Shown: positions 1 through 8,317 of the stretch, one piece after another
Layout: each line of letters starts with the position of its first letter
Position numbering within the stretch: the first letter of the stretch is position 1
IMG/VR virus record: IMGVR_UViG_3300028197_001695
Location: 54,006 to 118,005 of that record
DNA: 64,000 nt
From: a virus
Reading direction: 5' to 3' (one strand)
The notes under the pieces: model-generated
Seen by the model: only the letters and a program-made list of their open reading frames with translations
Told to the model about the DNA's origin: nothing
Database searches by the model: none
Translations under genes and position numbers: made by a program

Positions 1-376
1 TATCTTTGAAATTACCTATGCTTCTATTGCAGTTGTGACACAGCCAACCACGAAATTCTTTTGTTTTATGATCGTGATCACAAACCCAAGGCCCAAGTCT
101 TAATCCACCTTTTCCTTTGACTTCTTCTCCTGTCCCACTGCAAATTGGGCAAGTATGATCTTCTGGAGGGGGAGGAGTGGATATCCGAAGATCTCTCCTT
201 TCTTTCCCTAACCTTTTTTCACACTCTTTGCATTCAGTTCTTCTATAAGCCCCTCTATCACGGAACCTGAACGAGTCTACAGGTCTATGTTTGCCACATT
301 TTTCGCAGAATTTTGTTTCTACATCTGGCTTAACAGAATAAAAACTACGGAAAAACTCCAATTGATCAGAACTCAT
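1..376 (-). CDS. Recombination endonuclease VII-like protein (partial, runs off window; missed by ORF track)
   Basis: Manual translation from ATG at 376: MSSDQLEFF...CEKC...CKEC...CPIC...WVCDHDHKTKEFRGWLCHNCNRSIGNFKD; DHDH-x-RGxLCxxCN-xxG-F-D is the EndoVII signature. Confidence 0.85.
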   Translation of the reverse strand, partial: MSSDQLEFFRSFYSVKPDVETKFCEKCGKHRPVDSFRFRDRGAYRRTECKECEKRLGKERRDLRISTPPPPEDHTCPICSGTGEEVKGKGGLRLGPWVCDHDHKTKEFRGWLCHNCNRSIGNFKD

Positions 377-385
377 TGCATTATT

Positions 386-742
386 CTATATCTTCACCCA
401 GTTCTTATCAAGAGACAATTTAAATGAACCTAAGTGTTTTTGGCCCCATTCTTCTGGTTTAATCATAGATAATACATTCTTACCCCGAATCTCATATAAA
501 TAATAAGTTTCTCCTACTATTGGCTCGAAATTAAATTCTGCTTCATATATTATCCTATCCCAGTTGTATTGATCTATTACTCTATCATACTCTTCTTTTA
601 GCTGTATCAGCTTCTGCTGAGTGTCTCTCTCTATACTAGAAATCCCCTGCGACTTGAATGAAGTAAGGTCATTCTTGATTATCGGAGGAGATAAAGTAGA
701 GACTGGATATGATAGAAAAGCTGAACCAGTTACATCGTTCAT
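386..742 (-). CDS. DUF2452-like hypothetical protein
   Basis: FNFEPIVGETYYLYE motif recalled from DUF2452 proteins. Confidence 0.55.
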   Translation of the reverse strand: MNDVTGSAFLSYPVSTLSPPIIKNDLTSFKSQGISSIERDTQQKLIQLKEEYDRVIDQYNWDRIIYEAEFNFEPIVGETYYLYEIRGKNVLSMIKPEEWGQKHLGSFKLSLDKNWVKI

Positions 743-752
743 TCCTTATTAA

Positions 753-1583
753 TTATTTTAATTTACAAAAACATCTTGATAGACCTTCTTCAATTGACAC
801 CAAGGGCTTAAAACCTAAATCTTTTTTTGTCTCAGTTATATCTGCCAAAGAGTGCCTTACATCCCCTTCTCTCTTCGGAGAGTTCTCCCATTTAACATTA
901 TGCCTTTGATTTATAAAATCTCTTATGTAATTCATTGAGACCGATTCTCCAGAGCCTACATCATAAACCTTACCCCCAAACCAATCTTCTGATTCCATAG
1001 CGCAAATATTTGCTAAAACAATATCTTCAACATGAACAAGGTCACGAGTTTGCTCCCCATCTCCATCCATACGCAAAGGCTTTCCTTCTTGTATCATTTC
1101 CATCCATGCACCAATCGCTGTTGAATAAGATCCACTATAGCTTTGGTCTTCAGAGTAAGCGTTAAAGTAACGAAGACAAACTGTATCTAAACCATATAAT
1201 TGAGAAAATAACTTACATTCCATTTCTGAAACTAACTTATGTAGTCCATAAGGAGAACAAGAAACACCATCTCTATTGCCATTTGCAGCACTTGAAGAAC
1301 TAAAAATAACACGCTTTACATCATGATTTGTCGCCCACTCCAAAAGTGTCGAAGTCACAAGAACATTTTGTTTCATTGTGTAAGACGGATTACGAACAGA
1401 AAACTCAACTCTTGGCTCAGCAGCAAGGTGGAAGACATAATCAAAATCTTCATCAGGTAAGCAATGAAGGACATCTTCATTATCTTTTTTGTCTATACCT
1501 CGCACATCATGACCCAAAGATTTTAATTTATGAAATATGTGACCTCCAATATACCCTTTATGACCAGTTACTAATATCTTCAT
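753..1583 (-). CDS. NAD-dependent epimerase/dehydratase (extended SDR)
   Basis: TGHKGYIG Rossmann motif, FSSSS, YGLHK (YxxxK), LRYFN, RDLVHVED. Confidence 0.9.
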   Translation of the reverse strand: MKILVTGHKGYIGGHIFHKLKSLGHDVRGIDKKDNEDVLHCLPDEDFDYVFHLAAEPRVEFSVRNPSYTMKQNVLVTSTLLEWATNHDVKRVIFSSSSAANGNRDGVSCSPYGLHKLVSEMECKLFSQLYGLDTVCLRYFNAYSEDQSYSGSYSTAIGAWMEMIQEGKPLRMDGDGEQTRDLVHVEDIVLANICAMESEDWFGGKVYDVGSGESVSMNYIRDFINQRHNVKWENSPKREGDVRHSLADITETKKDLGFKPLVSIEEGLSRCFCKLK

Positions 1584-1607
1584 GATTACTCTAATAAATA
1601 TAAAAAT

Positions 1608-2207
1608 TTAAATCGGCCAAGAAAATCCTTTTTCTACATCAATCTTAACTCCAAAAACCCTAGATCTCCATAATACCGATCCAACCTGTGCATCTTCAAA
1701 AATACAATAATCCTCTTTAAGTCCATGATTTGCTACAATAGAAGCCGCTCTTTTGGATAAAAAATACGCTCCTCCCATACAATAGATTACTCTTGGGACA
1801 AAAAACTTCACGTCATTTAATTCTTCACTTTCACATTTCCCGAAATGCCAATCAGAACTGTAATCACCTCGAACTAAGAGGCCAGAATAATCATTTTTTG
1901 AAGCGTCTTTAACAATTTTGTCGAAACCATCTAAGAAAACTACATCGTCATCTGTTTTCAGGAGTAAGTCGAAATCTTTATTTTCAACCGCCCACTTTAC
2001 AGCCATCATGCTTTTTACACTTAGACTTTCATAATTATCTGGGCAAGGCAAATAAACTACTTTCCCTTTAACCAAAGGAGAGGACAATGAAGGATCACCA
2101 ATGAAATACATGTGGTCTCCAAGCCTAGAAGTATCTTGAGACAACATTTTGTGCCTATACTTCTCACAAGATAAAATTATTGTAAATAATCGGTCCTTTG
2201 GTTCCAT
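1608..2207 (-). CDS. GT31/galactosyltransferase-like glycosyltransferase
   Basis: LLKTDDDV, YCMGGAYFLS and FEDAQVG motifs. Confidence 0.75.
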   Translation of the reverse strand: MEPKDRLFTIILSCEKYRHKMLSQDTSRLGDHMYFIGDPSLSSPLVKGKVVYLPCPDNYESLSVKSMMAVKWAVENKDFDLLLKTDDDVVFLDGFDKIVKDASKNDYSGLLVRGDYSSDWHFGKCESEELNDVKFFVPRVIYCMGGAYFLSKRAASIVANHGLKEDYCIFEDAQVGSVLWRSRVFGVKIDVEKGFSWPI

Positions 2208-2209
2208 TA

Positions 2210-3472
2210 TTAAAATTTAAGCTTAATCGCTCTGGAAGTCCCTGCTAGCCCAAGGAAAACTTCTTTGCCTTTAACTGTAGCGCAAGTAGAGTAACCAGTT
2301 CCAAGACTCATTATCCCAGAACCCTCTTTTGCTGTTGGCCAACCATCCATAAACTGATACTCATAGTCTTCCCATTGGATCTCCTGAGTGAGAGGATTAA
2401 CCCTAAAACATTTAGTATCTCCCCAGAATGCGCTGTAAAGCCAACCATCAGGGGCGAGGTAACCGTGGAAGTTTTTATTTTTATTGGCTACCTTCAAGTA
2501 TCCTTCTGGCAAGTCTATCTCTTCATAACTATCATCAGCACAATTAATAATTAAAATCTTTTTGCCCGTCCTTGGTAAACAAAATACCTTATTAACACTC
2601 TTGACATATGTAGCCCCAACATACTTAACACTAAATCCAGAAACCCCAGATTTAATAGGATCACCTTCTAACAAGAAAGAATTACCATTCTTATCTATCT
2701 TGAGAATTTTGCTTCCTAAAGCTGGTGGCATATAAATGTTTCCATCTGGATCTGCTGCTGCTCCCCACACATGACTAAAGAATCCTATTTGTGGAGGAGT
2801 GAATGAACCAATCTCACCCGTTTTAGTATCCAAGGTATAAATTTTTAATGTCTTTGTATAAGATGGCATATAAATAATACCATTTGCTCCCTCTGCTCCA
2901 GATCTAACTTGAGGACAAGAGCTAAATTTCTTTTCTAAAGTAATCTCTCCCGTTGACCTTTTTAACTTAGCTATAGAAGTCGAATACGCTGGTAAAAAAT
3001 AAGTATAGCCATCAGAAGCTTCTACATTACCTATAAAGCCATGACTACCTTGAAGGTTTCTCTTAATAGAATCAGTAAGAGTATCTGTCTCAATATACAT
3101 ATCGGACTTATAGCCTAACGAATGGATAACCCCGCTGTCATCCATCGCCATCGTGCGAGTCTTTGTCAGATTACCTCTGATCTCGCCTTTTAAATATTCC
3201 AGCTTTGGCCAAGATGTTTTTGATGAATCTAAAAAAAAACCTTCCGCACTCGACTCCGCACTCGACTCCGCACTCGACTCCGCACTCGACTCCGCACTCG
3301 ACTCCGCACTGGTTTCCCAAGGTGGTTCAGAACTTGATTCAGCACTAGAAACTTCCGCCTCAGCACTAGAAATAAGCTCAGAGCTTGATAAGTGATTTTT
3401 TAATTGTTTTAATTGATCCACTGAAGTCTCTAATGAGTCAATTACTGAGGAGATTTGGTCTGAAGTTTTCAT
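2210..3472 (-). CDS. Beta-propeller-like protein with N-terminal coiled coil and SSAE repeat linker (start revised to ATG 3472)
   Basis: Recurring DGxIYxP blades (DGYTYFLP, NGIIYMP, DGNIYMPP, DGWLYSA); promoter directly upstream of ATG 3472. Confidence 0.6.
   Translation of the reverse strand: MKTSDQISSVIDSLETSVDQLKQLKNHLSSSELISSAEAEVSSAESSSEPPWETSAESSAESSAESSAESSAESSAEGFFLDSSKTSWPKLEYLKGEIRGNLTKTRTMAMDDSGVIHSLGYKSDMYIETDTLTDSIKRNLQGSHGFIGNVEASDGYTYFLPAYSTSIAKLKRSTGEITLEKKFSSCPQVRSGAEGANGIIYMPSYTKTLKIYTLDTKTGEIGSFTPPQIGFFSHVWGAAADPDGNIYMPPALGSKILKIDKNGNSFLLEGDPIKSGVSGFSVKYVGATYVKSVNKVFCLPRTGKKILIINCADDSYEEIDLPEGYLKVANKNKNFHGYLAPDGWLYSAFWGDTKCFRVNPLTQEIQWEDYEYQFMDGWPTAKEGSGIMSLGTGYSTCATVKGKEVFLGLAGTSRAIKLKF
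3243..3310. repeat. Perfect 12-bp tandem repeat (TCCGCACTCGAC) x5.7 encoding SSAE
   Basis: Read directly from sequence. Confidence 0.95.
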
Positions 3473-3480
3473 GCTAACAT

Positions 3481-3509
3481 ATTCTAACAAAAGTTCGTGC
3501 AATTGTCAA
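3481..3509 (-). promoter_or_regulatory. sigma70-like promoter
   Basis: TTGACA-17-TAGAAT, 8 nt before ATG 3472. Confidence 0.8.
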
Positions 3510-3519
3510 GTTAATTCGT

Positions 3520-3595
3520 TGGTGCGCCCGACCGGACTTGAACCGATAACCAAGGGTTTATGAGACCCCTGCTCTAACCATTGAGCTACAGGCGC
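3520..3595 (-). tRNA. tRNA with CAT anticodon, probably tRNA-Ile2 (lysidine); CCA encoded
   Basis: Cloverleaf GCGCCTG..GCTCAATGGTTAGAGC..GGGGT-CTCATAA-ACCCT..GTTCAAGT..CGGGCGCACCA; C4-G69 and C5-G68 pairs match the known TilS determinants. Confidence 0.9.
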
Positions 3596-3617
3596 ATTAT
3601 CATTCTGTCTAGTGATT

Positions 3618-4241
3618 TTATTCACCAAATTTATAATTAAAATGTTTTATATCATCTCGATACACTTTCGAGATAATATCCCTAGTCTCATCATCATAAT
3701 ACTCTGTGTAATGCCTATGATTACTTTTATTGACATGAGGCAAGTCTTGCTTGGGTATTCCAATATCCTTGCAAATAAAATTAAAATCTTCCTGCAAACT
3801 TTCTATTTTACCCACAAAATCCATTTTTAATTCACCCTTGACGCTTAAAAAACTGTATTGTGTTTTTAAATGAGGCATTTCAACATCAGGTTTTTGAGTT
3901 TGATAGAAGTATGTTTGAGGTTCTGAAACTTTAATTAAAAAATCCTTAAAGCTCATGTCATTGTCCTGTATCTTCCGACAAGCGTCCTTGTCCCAAAAAT
4001 AGTGTTGATGATCAGGTCTCATCTGTTCCCAATAAGTATAAACGCTTAGCATACGAGACCAAGGATTTCTCACTATGGAATAGTACTTATAAGAATTAGA
4101 ATTAAAAATATAATTATGATAATTCTCCAAGGTTGCATGGGAGTTGCCCCGCCAACAATTAAAATTGTTACATTTTGTGATTGATGAACCTCCACATTTT
4201 GGGATATGTACAAACACAAATTTTTTAGTTTTGTTGATCAT
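3618..4241 (-). CDS. Sulfotransferase family 2 protein
   Basis: FVFVHIPKCGGSSI (5'-PSB loop), VRNPWSRMLSVY (3'-PB), DFVGKIESLQEDF. Confidence 0.85.
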   Translation of the reverse strand: MINKTKKFVFVHIPKCGGSSITKCNNFNCWRGNSHATLENYHNYIFNSNSYKYYSIVRNPWSRMLSVYTYWEQMRPDHQHYFWDKDACRKIQDNDMSFKDFLIKVSEPQTYFYQTQKPDVEMPHLKTQYSFLSVKGELKMDFVGKIESLQEDFNFICKDIGIPKQDLPHVNKSNHRHYTEYYDDETRDIISKVYRDDIKHFNYKFGE

Positions 4242-4264
4242 GTTTCTATTCCGAAAATAAAAAA

Positions 4265-4363
4265 TTAAAATGTATCAAAAATATCTTCCAATAAACCAAG
4301 GCGATACATCATGAATAATATTACGCCAATAAATATTGCTAAAACAAGTTCGCTTTTGTTCAT
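4265..4363 (-). CDS. Small single-TM protein (32 aa, below ORF-track cutoff)
   Basis: MNKSELVLAIFIGVILFMMYRLGLLEDIFDTF; start overlaps the upstream stop and it fills the gap. Confidence 0.6.
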   Translation of the reverse strand: MNKSELVLAIFIGVILFMMYRLGLLEDIFDTF

Positions 4364-4602
4364 GACTCTCTTACCCTAACTACTTCTTTCTTGACATTCT
4401 TAAAGTCTTTGTCGTATCTATCTGACCAGTGAGGGTCTTTAGCTTGTAGAACCTGTTCATATTCCTTGTCGATAAGTTGATTCTGGACCTGCCTCTCTAT
4501 CCAGCTTGGAGGATTCAGAATTTGATTTAAATCAAGATCTGATTCTTCGCCAAACATGGACTTCTTGAGCTTATGCAAGAGTAATTCAAATTTATTTTTC
4601 AT
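4360..4602 (-). CDS. Hypothetical protein
   Basis: ORF in operon tiling. Confidence 0.6.
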   Translation of the reverse strand: MKNKFELLLHKLKKSMFGEESDLDLNQILNPPSWIERQVQNQLIDKEYEQVLQAKDPHWSDRYDKDFKNVKKEVVRVRES

Positions 4603-4603
4603 T

Positions 4604-4767
4604 TTACCAATGTCTAATTGTATTTGCGATAATGAAACCGCAAGTTGTAATATGGATTAACCACCAAAAAGTTCTAATGACTGCTGCAATATCTGCTTCT
4701 GTACCATCATCTGAGATTTTTTGGCCCATTGTCCTAGCCCATATTCTCCAAATTTTTTTTTATTCAT
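4604..4767 (-). pseudogene. Small conserved-looking phage membrane protein gene frameshifted at an A9 tract (or slippage-dependent)
   Basis: ATG 4767 is out of frame with IWRIWARTMGQKISDDGTEADIAAVIRTFWWL...TIRHW*; span is 164 nt, one base short of an intact ORF. Confidence 0.5.
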
Positions 4768-4779
4768 AACTTACCCAAA

Positions 4780-4983
4780 TTAATAACCTTCAATAATATT
4801 ATTAATTGTTTCAACTACTTCATTATGATGAGCGATAGTCTCTACTTTCTTTTCGATTTCTACACCCAGATCAGGATGTTCTCCGATAGCTACTTGATGA
4901 TTCAAATAGGTTTCCAGATCTGCTCTGGCGATATCTCCAAGAGCTTCGTGTTTTTTCTTAATTGCTTTTAAATGTGCATTCAT
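4780..4983 (-). CDS. Hypothetical phage protein
   Basis: VAIGEHPDL motif recalled from aquatic phage small proteins. Confidence 0.6.
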   Translation of the reverse strand: MNAHLKAIKKKHEALGDIARADLETYLNHQVAIGEHPDLGVEIEKKVETIAHHNEVVETINNIIEGY

Positions 4984-5005
4984 ATTATTTTTTTAATAGT
5001 TTTAA

Positions 5006-5088
5006 TAGCTCTGGAGGGGATCGAACCCTCACGATCTAGGATCAACGGATTTTAAATCCGCAGCGTCTACCAATTCCGCCACAGAGCC
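5006..5088 (-). tRNA. tRNA-Leu(TAA)
   Basis: GGCTCTG..GGCGGAATTGGTAGACGC..GCGGA-TTTAAAA-TCCGT, long variable arm, GGTTCGATCCC; no encoded CCA. Confidence 0.92.
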
Positions 5089-5093
5089 TAAAT

Positions 5094-5513
5094 TTACTTA
5101 GCTGATACTACAATATATTCGTGATTGTCTTTATAGCTGTGAGCATAGTCGATGCAATCCTTGAAGTCTCCATGATAATCAATGAAAGAAGCATCGACCA
5201 CAAAGAACTTGCCATCTGGGAGAGGATAATTCTCTGCACCTTTCGCTAAGTGAGTCGAAGAGATCCTCCAACCAGATCCATCTTTCTTGACTAAGCTCTT
5301 AAATCGTTTCATCTCAGAAGGGTGATCATCTTCTTCGAAGTGACTGAGCATCTTCTCAAGCTGGAACTTAGTGAGAGAAACACAAGCCTCAATTTTTTCT
5401 GGATGAACAATCTCCTTTTCGATCTTGGTTTGAATTATCGGATCTTTAAAGCAATGCCAAGTTGCCAAAGCCCAAAGAGGAATTGATGTAGCTAGGAATA
5501 ATTTCGTTCTCAT
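5094..5513 (-). CDS. Hypothetical protein with N-terminal hydrophobic segment
   Basis: ORF; MRTKLFLATSIPLWALATW. Confidence 0.6.
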   Translation of the reverse strand: MRTKLFLATSIPLWALATWHCFKDPIIQTKIEKEIVHPEKIEACVSLTKFQLEKMLSHFEEDDHPSEMKRFKSLVKKDGSGWRISSTHLAKGAENYPLPDGKFFVVDASFIDYHGDFKDCIDYAHSYKDNHEYIVVSAK

Positions 5514-5722
5514 TTTCTTTTTTCAGTAATTTCATTCGGGAATACTTCTGCCTCTGACCCATCTCGGAACATAGCTAATACTTTCCCTTTACATTGAATA
5601 GCATTTTGCTTCGCCATCTCCAAGCAATTAATGGAGGGATTCACTTTCTCAAGGTCAGTTGAATACCCGCCCATCCAATCGCCCTTACGACTGTAAACAT
5701 TATATGTTTTGACTTCAGACAT
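5510..5722 (-). CDS. Hypothetical protein
   Basis: ORF overlapping its neighbours. Confidence 0.6.
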   Translation of the reverse strand: MSEVKTYNVYSRKGDWMGGYSTDLEKVNPSINCLEMAKQNAIQCKGKVLAMFRDGSEAEVFPNEITEKRK

Positions 5723-5940
5723 TATGCTTCTAGCTTGATGTCAATCTTCGACGCTTCCTCTGTGGGAGTTTCGCTGCTGGTAACTACTGCACTAGGAGCA
5801 GAGTCGATAACAATATCAAGCTTCTCCAACCACACCCTAGAGACAGGGATTGATTGTCTCCGACCGAATAGGTCATTAAGTTGCTCAAGAGTAAGATTCA
5901 CGAATGATGTGCCACCTTTGGGTCTTCCACGTTTTGCCAT
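5722..5940 (-). CDS. Hypothetical protein with AT-hook-like N-terminus
   Basis: KRGRPKGG motif. Confidence 0.55.
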   Translation of the reverse strand: MAKRGRPKGGTSFVNLTLEQLNDLFGRRQSIPVSRVWLEKLDIVIDSAPSAVVTSSETPTEEASKIDIKLEA

Positions 5941-5975
5941 TGTATTAGTTTGTTAGTTTTTTTTGTTGGTTGAAA

Positions 5976-6173
5976 TTAGTATCCGCATTTTGAAACAACT
6001 GCGGAAGCTTCTCTGGAAAGAACCTCAAGAGTATCGTCATAGTCAATTGCCTCTACCTCTTTGAGAGCTTTCTCCAAGCCACCAATGAGTTCCCAAAGGT
6101 CATCCGCTTTGATCTTGTCGCCGTTGACTGTGATGTCGATCTTAGAAAAGTCGAAGTCTTGTTCGTTGTTCAT
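5976..6173 (-). CDS. Hypothetical acidic protein
   Basis: ORF with its own promoter. Confidence 0.6.
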   Translation of the reverse strand: MNNEQDFDFSKIDITVNGDKIKADDLWELIGGLEKALKEVEAIDYDDTLEVLSREASAVVSKCGY

Positions 6174-6179
6174 GCCGCT

Positions 6180-6207
6180 ATAATACTGCTTTTTGGATTA
6201 AGGTCAA
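6180..6207 (-). promoter_or_regulatory. sigma70-like leaderless promoter
   Basis: TTGACC-16-TATTAT-6 nt-ATG(6173). Confidence 0.7.
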
Positions 6208-6218
6208 GTTTTTTTTCA

Positions 6219-7151
6219 TTAAATTGTTTGAGCAAGTGCCATACCTTCTCTAGTGAGTTTTCTCTTGACATCTATTTCCATGAGGTTCTTCCTAACTAAG
6301 ATCTGCTCGTAGTCTCTCTGAATAGCTTGCTTCTGGTAACCAGTGACAGAGCAGAGTCCATTGAGCGTCATCGCTCCCCTATCCCTCAGAGTCTTCACGA
6401 TCTGAATCTCAGAGTTTGATAAGCCCATCGGATTAACCCCCATAGCCTTACAGAACTCAGACCAGAGGGTCTTAGTGAAGACTTTCATCTTAGTGGCGGA
6501 AGCATACGTCTGAACGTCCTGAGCCTTGACTACAGCGTCTCTCGGATTGCCCCTCAATACAGAAACGATCTCTGTCTTCGCATTAGGGTCGATCTGCACC
6601 TCCCCTTCTAGATTAGACTCAAAGATTTTGTAAAGCTCTTCACCAGAGTAATCTTCAAAAGAAATATCTCTAAGTCTATCTCTAAGTGGCTCGCAAAGCT
6701 TTTCTTGATTTGTTGTCGCCATGCAAAGTGAAAGCTTCGAAAAGTCAAAGGTGAATGTCCCCTCCTCTGTAGTAACAGTTCGAACTGGATTTTTATCCAC
6801 GTTCAGTGCTGTCAAGAAAATCTCTTGTAAGTCTTTGGGAATATTGTGTCCCTCATCAATAAAAAGAAAGGCACTATGCTCAACCCACAATGGGTAAACC
6901 TGCTCAAAGAACGCACGAGCGTTTCTGATTGTCTTGCCGTTAATCTCAAGCATTGGAGGACGAGTGCCATCTGGACGCTGAAGAGCTTCGCGGAACTTAC
7001 GAGCAAAGAAAGTTTTGCCTCCACCCTTCTGGGTAGTGAGGTTGATAAACGGCAAACGGTTTGTCTCCTTGTAAGAGTCAATGAACACACTCAAAGTGCG
7101 CTTGACTGATTCTTGTCCAATGGCTTCTTCGAATACCTTGTTGATTTCCAT
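6219..7151 (-). CDS. ruvB: Holliday junction branch-migration AAA+ ATPase, RuvB-like
   Basis: IGQESVK, Walker A GGGKT, LFIDEGH, FSLCMATT, PLRDR, GNPRDA, C-terminal winged helix GLSNSEIQIVKTL. Confidence 0.85.
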   Translation of the reverse strand: MEINKVFEEAIGQESVKRTLSVFIDSYKETNRLPFINLTTQKGGGKTFFARKFREALQRPDGTRPPMLEINGKTIRNARAFFEQVYPLWVEHSAFLFIDEGHNIPKDLQEIFLTALNVDKNPVRTVTTEEGTFTFDFSKLSLCMATTNQEKLCEPLRDRLRDISFEDYSGEELYKIFESNLEGEVQIDPNAKTEIVSVLRGNPRDAVVKAQDVQTYASATKMKVFTKTLWSEFCKAMGVNPMGLSNSEIQIVKTLRDRGAMTLNGLCSVTGYQKQAIQRDYEQILVRKNLMEIDVKRKLTREGMALAQTI

Positions 7152-7157
7152 GTCCGA

Positions 7158-7185
7158 AGAATATCACCATTCTCAGACGAGTCAA
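7158..7185 (-). promoter_or_regulatory. sigma70-like leaderless promoter
   Basis: TTGACT-16-TATTCT-6 nt-ATG(7151). Confidence 0.7.
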
Positions 7186-7204
7186 CCCCTTTCTGATTAA
7201 AAAA

Positions 7205-7498
7205 TCACTTTTTTCTCAAATCTTTGTGCTTCAATACCCAAGGAATTACTAAATTTTCTACACATCGGACATAAGCTTCTTCATCATTATTCTCCATGAA
7301 GGCTATCCCTGTCATCTCAAAAATTATGTGGGTGACTTCGTGAACAAGCGTCCACCAGTGCTGCTCTGGATCTTTGAGGCATTTTTTATTCAATTTAATT
7401 AGCTTATCATCCATGAAGCATTCACCCCAATCCTCCATTTCCTCATAAACAATTTTTATTTTTACATTTAAAACCTCAACAAAAGAAAGCCTCTTCAT
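7205..7498 (-). CDS. Small HExxH metallopeptidase-like phage protein
   Basis: WGEC...TLVHEVTHIIFE. Confidence 0.6.
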   Translation of the reverse strand: MKRLSFVEVLNVKIKIVYEEMEDWGECFMDDKLIKLNKKCLKDPEQHWWTLVHEVTHIIFEMTGIAFMENNDEEAYVRCVENLVIPWVLKHKDLRKK

Positions 7499-7507
7499 CT
7501 TAAATAA

Positions 7508-7513
7508 TTACAC
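7508..7513 (-). promoter_or_regulatory. GTGTAA motif (putative late promoter)
   Basis: 9 nt before ATG 7498. Confidence 0.55.
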
Positions 7514-7540
7514 TTTGATCTTGACTAAGAACGAAAAACA

Positions 7541-7774
7541 TTGAAAATATTATTGATGACCTCACAAGAAAAATTACAAGCATTAGATAAAGCTAAGATA
7601 GAAATGGGCAGATTAAAAAAAGCTCAAGCTAATCTCTACGCAGAAACCAAAGAAAAATTAGAATTAACTGACAAGTATGATCGTAGTCTTTGGGACTTTC
7701 TCGTGATTGGACTGCAATTTGCTAGAGGTGAGATTGAGGTAGCCTTACACACAAATGAGGGAAAAGATGCTTGA
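7541..7774 (+). CDS. Hypothetical protein
   Basis: ORF. Confidence 0.5.
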   Translation: MKILLMTSQEKLQALDKAKIEMGRLKKAQANLYAETKEKLELTDKYDRSLWDFLVIGLQFARGEIEVALHTNEGKDA

Positions 7775-7798
7775 CTTCAATTTTTAAGCGTTTAAATT
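7771..7798 (+). promoter_or_regulatory. sigma70-like promoter
   Basis: TTGACT-16-TAAATT, 9 nt before ATG 7808. Confidence 0.5.
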
Positions 7799-7807
7799 AG
7801 CCCAGAC

Positions 7808-8305
7808 ATGAATATATTCTGCTTAGACAAAGACCCCGAAATTGCTGCTCGTCAGCATTGCGACAAACACTGTGTCAAGATGATTCTTGAATGTAGCCAA
7901 CTTCTCTGCACGACATTTTGGATGCAGGATCTTGAAGCACCATATAAGAAGACTCACTACAACCATCCCTCTGCGATCTGGGCTAGAGAGTCTCGTGGTA
8001 ACTTTGAGTGGCTCGTTCAGCATACAGCATCTTTACTTAACGAATATACTAGAAGGTATGGTAAACGTCATAAAAGCACAGATACTTTGATTTGGATTCT
8101 GGAGAACAAACATCGCTTACACTTCGACAAGCAAGAGCAGACAGAATTTGCTGTAGCTATTGCTCAAGACCAAAGGTGTAGAGAGCTTCCGAACTTTGAG
8201 ACACTTTCTGTTGTCGAAAAGTATCGAGAGTATTATAATCACGATAAGTCTTATATGGCAAAATGGCAACACAGTGAAACTCCGAAGTGGTATACTGTAA
8301 AATAA
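7808..8305 (+). CDS. Pyrimidine-dimer DNA glycosylase / endonuclease V-like protein
   Basis: MNIFCLDKDP..HCDKHCVKMILE..YKKTHYNHPSAIW..YTRRYGKRHKS. Confidence 0.8.
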   Translation: MNIFCLDKDPEIAARQHCDKHCVKMILECSQLLCTTFWMQDLEAPYKKTHYNHPSAIWARESRGNFEWLVQHTASLLNEYTRRYGKRHKSTDTLIWILENKHRLHFDKQEQTEFAVAIAQDQRCRELPNFETLSVVEKYREYYNHDKSYMAKWQHSETPKWYTVK

Positions 8306-8317
8306 AAAATATTTTAA

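Noticed and set aside
3243-3310. CRISPR array or mini-array
   Set aside because: Head-to-tail 12-bp units with no spacers, inside a CDS; no repeat-spacer structure seen elsewhere
3520-3595. Assignment as initiator or elongator tRNA-Met
   Set aside because: It has a paired 1-72 position, lacks the three consecutive anticodon-stem G-C pairs next to the loop, and carries TilS determinants; Ile2 is preferred but not proven
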